Shown here: positions 26,950-32,815 of the stretch, piece after piece
Layout of the letters: the number at the start of each line of letters is the position of its first letter
Position numbering within the stretch: position 1 is the stretch's first letter
DNA from: a virus
Lineage: Duplodnaviria; Caudoviricetes
Reading direction: 5' to 3' (one strand)
IMG/VR virus record: IMGVR_UViG_3300036940_000203
Coordinates: 1-32,815 of that record
Length of the DNA stretch: 32,815 nucleotides
The notes under the pieces: model-generated
What the model saw: the letters and a program-made list of their open reading frames with translations, nothing else
Told to the model about the DNA's origin: nothing
The model's database searches: none
Translations under genes and position numbers: made by a program

Positions 26950-27765
26950 ATGTTTAATGCTATAAATTATATACTTTCTTATGTGTTTAATAATATTCCT
27001 GAACCTATATTGGTAGAAGCTTTTTTACCAAAATCAGGAGCCACTCCTAATAGTTTAGATTATTATATTCGTAAAGATGTTATAGAAAAAAGAGTTTTGC
27101 CGGATTGTAATTTATATGGCGGAAAAAGAAAGTATATCTTACTGACTTCTGATATGTTAGAAAAAGTAGATATGCCAGCAAAGTATTCTCTAGTATCTGC
27201 TGCAAGTATTGGTGTATATCGCATTCCTCCAGAGATTAGAGAATATAGAGAACTTAGTCATGCTATCGAATTACGATTTCCATATTCTGCAAGTGGATAT
27301 GCTACAGCTAATTTTCCAGCAATGATATCTCATGGGCAAACGCTTACAAGTAAAGCTAACGATATCTTAGATTCTCATACTTACGCACACGCAGCAAATC
27401 CACCACAACCTATCCTCTTAAATGGAGATCTTGTACAATTAGATCCACCACAATTCAGTCATATCGATTATCTATTAGTCTGTACATTGAAGTATGATAA
27501 AAATTTTACCAACATAAATCCTGATGCTATAACACCATTATCAGAATTAGTATTAAGTGCTACTAAAAATTATATATACAACAAATTGACTTTACAGATA
27601 GATAGGGGATTTTTAGTTGGTGGGCAAGAATTTGGAAAATTTAAAGAGATAGTTGAAAGATACGAAAATGAACAAGAGAGATATAAAGAATTGATGTTAG
27701 AATTCCGAGGTGGAGCTACTTTAGATAGAGCTATTTTTAGAGATGTAGTACAGGGTATGTTTTAA
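26950..27765 (+). CDS. Conserved phiKZ-like jumbo phage protein, probably virion structural
   Basis: N-terminus NAI.Y......IP..IL..AF and C-terminal K.YIYN.L...ID.G...GG.E.G.FKEIV..Y resemble a core family of these phages (from memory); GAGG RBS. Confidence 0.5.
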   Translation: MFNAINYILSYVFNNIPEPILVEAFLPKSGATPNSLDYYIRKDVIEKRVLPDCNLYGGKRKYILLTSDMLEKVDMPAKYSLVSAASIGVYRIPPEIREYRELSHAIELRFPYSASGYATANFPAMISHGQTLTSKANDILDSHTYAHAANPPQPILLNGDLVQLDPPQFSHIDYLLVCTLKYDKNFTNINPDAITPLSELVLSATKNYIYNKLTLQIDRGFLVGGQEFGKFKEIVERYENEQERYKELMLEFRGGATLDRAIFRDVVQGMF

Positions 27766-27793
27766 CAATTTTACATTATGGAGTAAATAAAAT

Positions 27794-28771
27794 ATGTTTA
27801 ATGATATTCTGTTGGAACTTGAACCTTACAATATAGAAGCAGAAGAAGATCACGATATTATTCTTGCGATAGATTCCGCTATAGATGAATTATTAAATGT
27901 TTCAGAAATCAGTGATAAGTATGATGACGATTTTGTCAGTTCTATCATTGAAGCTATGGATCGTGATAGTACTTTATCTGATTTCCTCGGATTGAATAAT
28001 GTATACGGCAAAGAAGCTATTGAAGTAAAGATCCGATTAGAATTAGCCGATCTTGGTAAATTGTGGAAGATCATTACTCCAGTAATTGCTGGAATCTCTC
28101 GAAGGTATCAAGCTAAAGTAGATGCTTTTAAAGATTCTGCTACTAAATATGAATCAGTATTCAAAAAGGAAATTGATTCAGATAAATTTGCTAATGTTAA
28201 ACATTCAGCATTGTTACATAATAAAGATATCGATACTTTAGTAGGAGCATTTAGAGGACTGACTTCAACTATTCCAAAGAGTATTCCTATTATCAAATCG
28301 AGAGGTGAATATAATAGAATCATTAAAGCATTTAACTTCAATAAGGATATGCAAACTCTTGCAGTAAAGATGGGTACTTTTGTAAGTGCAGGTAAGTCAA
28401 AACAACGAAATGCACAATTTTATACAAAAACTTCTTTTGATTTCCCATACTACAAAAATGTTACAATGATGCAGATGGGATTTCCTAATACTATGAGTAA
28501 ACTCAAAACTCAATACGATAAACAGATCAGTACCTTTTTAGATACCATAAATACAATTAATGATAACATTTCTGCTTATGGTAAAGGTACTAAAGGTATG
28601 AGTGGCCGATTGAGTAAATTGCCTAACAATTCGCAGAGTAATGCTATTGCTAGTATTCAGATCAAATTAATGAATGAATATTTTAAGGTGTTAAATAAAC
28701 TATATCCTAAATTGGATATGGTACATAGTCGTATCGTTTCTCAGATTTCGGGTATACGGAAAGTTTCATAG
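27794..28771 (+). CDS. Putative internal head protein with an acidic propeptide
   Basis: Acidic first ~75 aa ending in G-K-E/A-I-E motifs, followed by a basic region; GGAG RBS. Confidence 0.45.
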   Translation: MFNDILLELEPYNIEAEEDHDIILAIDSAIDELLNVSEISDKYDDDFVSSIIEAMDRDSTLSDFLGLNNVYGKEAIEVKIRLELADLGKLWKIITPVIAGISRRYQAKVDAFKDSATKYESVFKKEIDSDKFANVKHSALLHNKDIDTLVGAFRGLTSTIPKSIPIIKSRGEYNRIIKAFNFNKDMQTLAVKMGTFVSAGKSKQRNAQFYTKTSFDFPYYKNVTMMQMGFPNTMSKLKTQYDKQISTFLDTINTINDNISAYGKGTKGMSGRLSKLPNNSQSNAIASIQIKLMNEYFKVLNKLYPKLDMVHSRIVSQISGIRKVS

Positions 28772-28780
28772 AGTACAATA

Positions 28781-28821
28781 AAAAGACTAGAGCTCTCTAC
28801 AAAAGAGAGCTCTAGTCTTTT
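28781..28821. terminator. Perfect 18-bp-stem bidirectional terminator
   Basis: aaaagactagagctctct-acaaa-agagagctctagtctttt between convergent genes. Confidence 0.8.
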
Positions 28822-28831
28822 GTATATCTAG

Positions 28832-29236
28832 TTAAGCATATGGAACTATCTCTTCTCTAATTATACTCATTTTGGTATCAGACAATTTTAACTTATTCTG
28901 TACAAGATCATTTACTTCTTCATTAGTATAATCTGGATATTCATCTTCTACAATTAGTTTATTGACTAAAAATCGTTTAGCATCCGAACTGAGATATTGA
29001 AATTTAGTATTTGCTATAAAATACCCATAATCCATATAGATAAAGAGCAAATTGGTATTTATATAATGTAACCAATCATAGATACCAAATGATATCATAA
29101 CTACATAATAACCATCAACAATACAATCGTTCCGCCAACGAATATATCGTGTAATTTGTTCAAAAAATACCAAACAAATAGCTATCTTCAATTTCTTTAG
29201 TTTTGTCATTAAATTGTTGAGTAATTTATATACCAT
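28832..29236 (-). CDS. Hypothetical protein
   Basis: 134-aa ORF with AGGA RBS, 15 nt after the upstream gene. Confidence 0.55.
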   Translation of the reverse strand: MVYKLLNNLMTKLKKLKIAICLVFFEQITRYIRWRNDCIVDGYYVVMISFGIYDWLHYINTNLLFIYMDYGYFIANTKFQYLSSDAKRFLVNKLIVEDEYPDYTNEEVNDLVQNKLKLSDTKMSIIREEIVPYA

Positions 29237-29251
29237 GACTATTCCTAACTA

Positions 29252-30499
29252 CTATAAATATCTAAATGTTTTAGTTAATATATATAAAATGAAAGCTATC
29301 CTCAAAGAACAAATAGTAGCCTCTCTTTTGATCTTTCCGTGAGTTACTACAAAATGAGAAATAGATTCCTTAACTCTAACTAATTCATCATCACTAATTC
29401 GGGAACTACTGTATAAATTTTTAATAGTATTAAGTATCTCTAATTTACTACTCATATTAACTCGATTCTTAATACAAAATCTATATGATTTTTGAATCAA
29501 TGTACTTATCAATATCCGAGATCCTACATATATATCCTCTCCGTTCTTATCCTTAACAATCTCATTCACTTTACCTTCTTTGGTTTGGATAGCAGATAAC
29601 TCAGAAAACTGGATAAGGAGATACTTCAACATATCAGGTCGAATATTTTTAAACATAGAAGATACCAATTCTACTAATTTACTATCAACAAATGAATATA
29701 CATTATTGACTTCTAAACATATACCATTGATCATCATGTCAAAAGTAGACACCTGATTAGATAAAACTTTTTCACTATCTAATTCACCTACTGATTTATA
29801 GGAAGATATAAAATCTCCCACTTCTTTAGTTTGATGATAAGCAGATACTATCTTTTTGACTTTATCACGAATACGTGATTGTGTATCTGTTATGAGATAT
29901 ATGATCTTTTTATCAATATCATACTTATAAATAGTATTAAGATGTATACTATCTCTAGATAGGAGATCTAATGATCTAACTAACAACACATCTCTCCAAC
30001 TACCATATCTAATAATGTCATATTTGTTAGACAAATTATTGATAGTAGTTTGCATGATGTTTTCGTTTGCACCATAAGGAAAATTATAAGTAATTAATGA
30101 TGTAAAAAATTTATAGTGCCACAATAATATCAAATCGACTTGAAATTTATCTTTACTTCTTTTATCCAATTTCCTATTTACACTTGAAATATGTAATAGC
30201 CATGTAACTAACAAATTAAAAGGATCGCTAGCTACTTTAAAATTTGTATCAATTGAAGGAATATTTTTAATCAACTGAATCATTTCTGATCTATCTATTC
30301 CAAATATATCAAAAAACTCTTTAATATCAGTAGAATTAAATGTGATAGGATTTACTCCAAACAATTGCGAATTGAGAGTAAGTGGATGCTTATCTCGAAT
30401 TTCAAATGATACTAGTAATTGATGTAAAGATTTTATCTTATTTGGAGTAATATCAATCTTTAATTCTTTTGAAAATTCTTGTATAATGTATTTGCTCAT
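29252..30499 (-). CDS. Conserved phiKZ-like core protein of unknown function
   Basis: 415-aa helical ORF with AGGAG RBS next to the terminase; motifs LFGV..I.F, V.SDPFNL, LS.KY.I..YGSW and Q.RIR recalled from jumbo phage core proteins. Confidence 0.55.
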   Translation of the reverse strand: MSKYIIQEFSKELKIDITPNKIKSLHQLLVSFEIRDKHPLTLNSQLFGVNPITFNSTDIKEFFDIFGIDRSEMIQLIKNIPSIDTNFKVASDPFNLLVTWLLHISSVNRKLDKRSKDKFQVDLILLWHYKFFTSLITYNFPYGANENIMQTTINNLSNKYDIIRYGSWRDVLLVRSLDLLSRDSIHLNTIYKYDIDKKIIYLITDTQSRIRDKVKKIVSAYHQTKEVGDFISSYKSVGELDSEKVLSNQVSTFDMMINGICLEVNNVYSFVDSKLVELVSSMFKNIRPDMLKYLLIQFSELSAIQTKEGKVNEIVKDKNGEDIYVGSRILISTLIQKSYRFCIKNRVNMSSKLEILNTIKNLYSSSRISDDELVRVKESISHFVVTHGKIKREATICSLRIAFILYILTKTFRYL

Positions 30500-30556
30500 A
30501 AATATATAAACTCCTAGATGATGTGGAAGTTGTTAATCTATATGATGTAGATTACA

Positions 30557-30597
30557 TATGATACATTCTAGGGAAAAATGCCCTAGAATGTATCATA
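30557..30597 (-). terminator. Perfect 17-bp-stem hairpin downstream of the terminase
   Basis: tatgatacattctaggg-aaaaatg-ccctagaatgtatcata. Confidence 0.7.
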
Positions 30598-30609
30598 GTA
30601 GTATAATTA

Positions 30610-32742
30610 CTAAAAGGTATTTAATATACCATTCACTACATTTGAATTGTATATAATAGCATTTTTATGTTCATTTACTTCATTTTTAGTATTGGTATAT
30701 TTGTCTACACTTAATGCAGATTCATCAGTAACATCTAGTTCTTCATCTATTTGCGATTTAAAATAATTGAGTCGTCTGATCAATGATGCTCTAACTATCT
30801 CGTTGTGAGTAGAATTTATAGTTTCTTCTAACTCCATTATCTTATTCTTTAAACTTCTTTGTAGAGCTACTTCTTGATCTTTCTTTGATGTCGAATTATT
30901 GAATTGACTTAAGACTAGACTTACTTCTAAACCATAAAACTTAAGATTCTTTCCGGCAAATAATAAATAGCAAGCTAATAGATATGCAATTACCATATCG
31001 TCGTGTCCAGAAGATTTATGATCTATTCTATTATTGCGAACTGTCAATCCTGATAATTCTTGTATAAGTATCTTATCATATAGATGATCTACATTCAATT
31101 CTAAAGCCTTCATCAATACTGTCTTGTAAAGATACGTTCTACTCTTTTCACTGCTAGTAGTTTTAAATCCGAAATATTTACGAATAATACCATCAGCCTG
31201 ACTTCTGCTAGTGATATCCATACGAGAAAATTTATCTTCATCACGATTTTGAACAACAGTATTATAGATACGAGTAAATGGATTGATTCCTCGTTTCTCT
31301 AACTCCAGTATAACCATATCGATGATAGTACATCCTGTACTATTCCTTTCTGGAATAAATACCATACCTTCCAAACGAAGTAACATCTTGACTATAAACA
31401 ATGCTACTTTAATGATATTAGATTCATTACATCGTACTGTAAAGATTGGACGCATACTCTTTGCATCTATAGCAAATAGAGTAGTAAAATCTCTACCGAT
31501 ATTTTCTGAACTATCCATACCTAATACTATGGGATGTTTCTTATAATTTCCATTTTCTACAAGATGTCTATCTACATACCAATTAACTACATAGTTATCA
31601 GTCAGTTCTGTAAATAGAGGATCTTTCTCTGAAGCTTTAGCTTTCATCAACAAGCCCGAATCAATAACCCCAGAAGATGTACCCATTTTCCAAATATTAA
31701 GATAATCTCTATCGATATCATCTTGAGTACCTTTGGATCTAGAAGTAACAAGCTTAAACCATTCATGCGTATATCCTAATTGCAAATAACTATATACAGC
31801 ATAAACCATCTGACTAGTAGATCCATGACTGATTAGTTCTGTCAATTCATTAATATTTTTAGCATCATACAATTTTTCTGAAAAGTTTAAAGAATCTGAA
31901 ATCAGACTATAGGTAAATCTACCTTCTTCTGTATCTAATTTTCCTGCAGTTGTAGTAATAATATTTGTACAAGGTTGATTATTTTCTCTAGCAGATTGTA
32001 CAGCTTTATTTGTAGCAGATATAGCAACAGGATAGGATATCTGTATATTAGCAAACATACCAGCTTCATCCCAATGCTGTACAGGAACTGTCATACCACG
32101 ACCTAAGTTATCAGCACCTGATGCATCTTTTTGAGCAACAAAAGTCAGATATCGTGTTTTGTTTTGAACATAAGAAATACCTTCTTTATTGTCACTATCT
32201 TTTGTTTGTACATTTACAAGATAATCAGGTAATCCATCTCGGATATCTTTTAGACGAATGACATTCTCTTGTCTGAGTGTATTATCTTTTGTAAGCATCG
32301 CTACGCTTAAATTTCTACCGTAAATATAGATGATATGACTGAAAATAGCCTGCGTAGAGATAGTCTTACCTGTCTGCCTAGGGATAACTAAAGTGATATC
32401 AAATTTATTATAAAATATCCAAATCAGTGCCAAATTAGCTCTATTCAACTGAAACATAACCGGATCACTACCTTGAGAAGGAATACGAATTACTTCTCTA
32501 AAATAATACCAAGGATTGATATACGCCTCTCTAGCTATAGCTAATCGTAAATCTAAAGATGGATCATTTAGATTGTGAGGATCATGTCCAATAAGATCTC
32601 TATCGTATATGGTTAATGGAAATTTATTATTCTGAACTCCCATTCGTTTCAATACCATTGCTGTTTTAAGAAATGATAGATTTTTAGTATTAGTATCTAT
32701 ATATGCTTTTTGTCTGACTATATCTTCTTCGAATAATACCAT
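30610..32742 (-). CDS. terL: Terminase large subunit (phiKZ-like)
   Basis: NPWYYFRE, Walker A PRQTGKT, Walker B HWDEAG, motif III TTTAG, nuclease GMDSSE..GRD, PERNS, HDDMVIA; GGGAGG RBS. Confidence 0.9.
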   Translation of the reverse strand: MVLFEEDIVRQKAYIDTNTKNLSFLKTAMVLKRMGVQNNKFPLTIYDRDLIGHDPHNLNDPSLDLRLAIAREAYINPWYYFREVIRIPSQGSDPVMFQLNRANLALIWIFYNKFDITLVIPRQTGKTISTQAIFSHIIYIYGRNLSVAMLTKDNTLRQENVIRLKDIRDGLPDYLVNVQTKDSDNKEGISYVQNKTRYLTFVAQKDASGADNLGRGMTVPVQHWDEAGMFANIQISYPVAISATNKAVQSARENNQPCTNIITTTAGKLDTEEGRFTYSLISDSLNFSEKLYDAKNINELTELISHGSTSQMVYAVYSYLQLGYTHEWFKLVTSRSKGTQDDIDRDYLNIWKMGTSSGVIDSGLLMKAKASEKDPLFTELTDNYVVNWYVDRHLVENGNYKKHPIVLGMDSSENIGRDFTTLFAIDAKSMRPIFTVRCNESNIIKVALFIVKMLLRLEGMVFIPERNSTGCTIIDMVILELEKRGINPFTRIYNTVVQNRDEDKFSRMDITSRSQADGIIRKYFGFKTTSSEKSRTYLYKTVLMKALELNVDHLYDKILIQELSGLTVRNNRIDHKSSGHDDMVIAYLLACYLLFAGKNLKFYGLEVSLVLSQFNNSTSKKDQEVALQRSLKNKIMELEETINSTHNEIVRASLIRRLNYFKSQIDEELDVTDESALSVDKYTNTKNEVNEHKNAIIYNSNVVNGILNTF

Positions 32743-32815
32743 ATGCTATATCCTCCCAATTCATATAGATATATATATAGCATATACTATATAAGTATAG
32801 AAAAATCAAAAAAAA

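Noticed and set aside
1318-30597. Palindromes or the 42-bp repeat as a CRISPR array or transposon ends
   Set aside because: The stems differ in sequence, are dispersed singly, and have no spacers, cas genes or transposase.
1-32815. Stop-codon reassignment, or inteins/introns in core genes
   Set aside because: Standard-code ORFs tile the window densely, there is no suppressor tRNA, and TerL, DnaB and the polymerase subunit show no obvious intein or homing-endonuclease motifs.

Overview
AT-rich segment of a phiKZ-like (Chimalliviridae-type) jumbo phage genome. Core genes recognisable from motifs and synteny: a DnaB helicase / gp119-like acidic head protein / 734-aa major capsid protein block, RuvC, the exonuclease-bearing subunit of a split family-B DNA polymerase, an SbcC/Rad50 ATPase, PhuZ tubulin, a dNMP kinase, probable head proteins and the large terminase. 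An accessory tract (about 13.4-25 kb) holds a spanin/lipoprotein cassette, a macrodomain, ThyX, a DHH phosphoesterase, a 3D-domain protein, paralogous Zn-ribbon proteins, tRNA-Leu(TAA) and a CAT-anticodon tRNA. It also holds an oppositely oriented two-gene unit encoding a DsrE-family protein and a ~10-TM membrane protein. Less ordinary signals: four apparent pseudo-enzymes (HD hydrolase, prohead protease, PolB palm fused to a DUF1566-like domain, LigA C-terminal half), an exact 12-mer putative early promoter in four copies, and about a dozen long intergenic palindromes. All calls rest on motif recognition by eye; no database searches were run.
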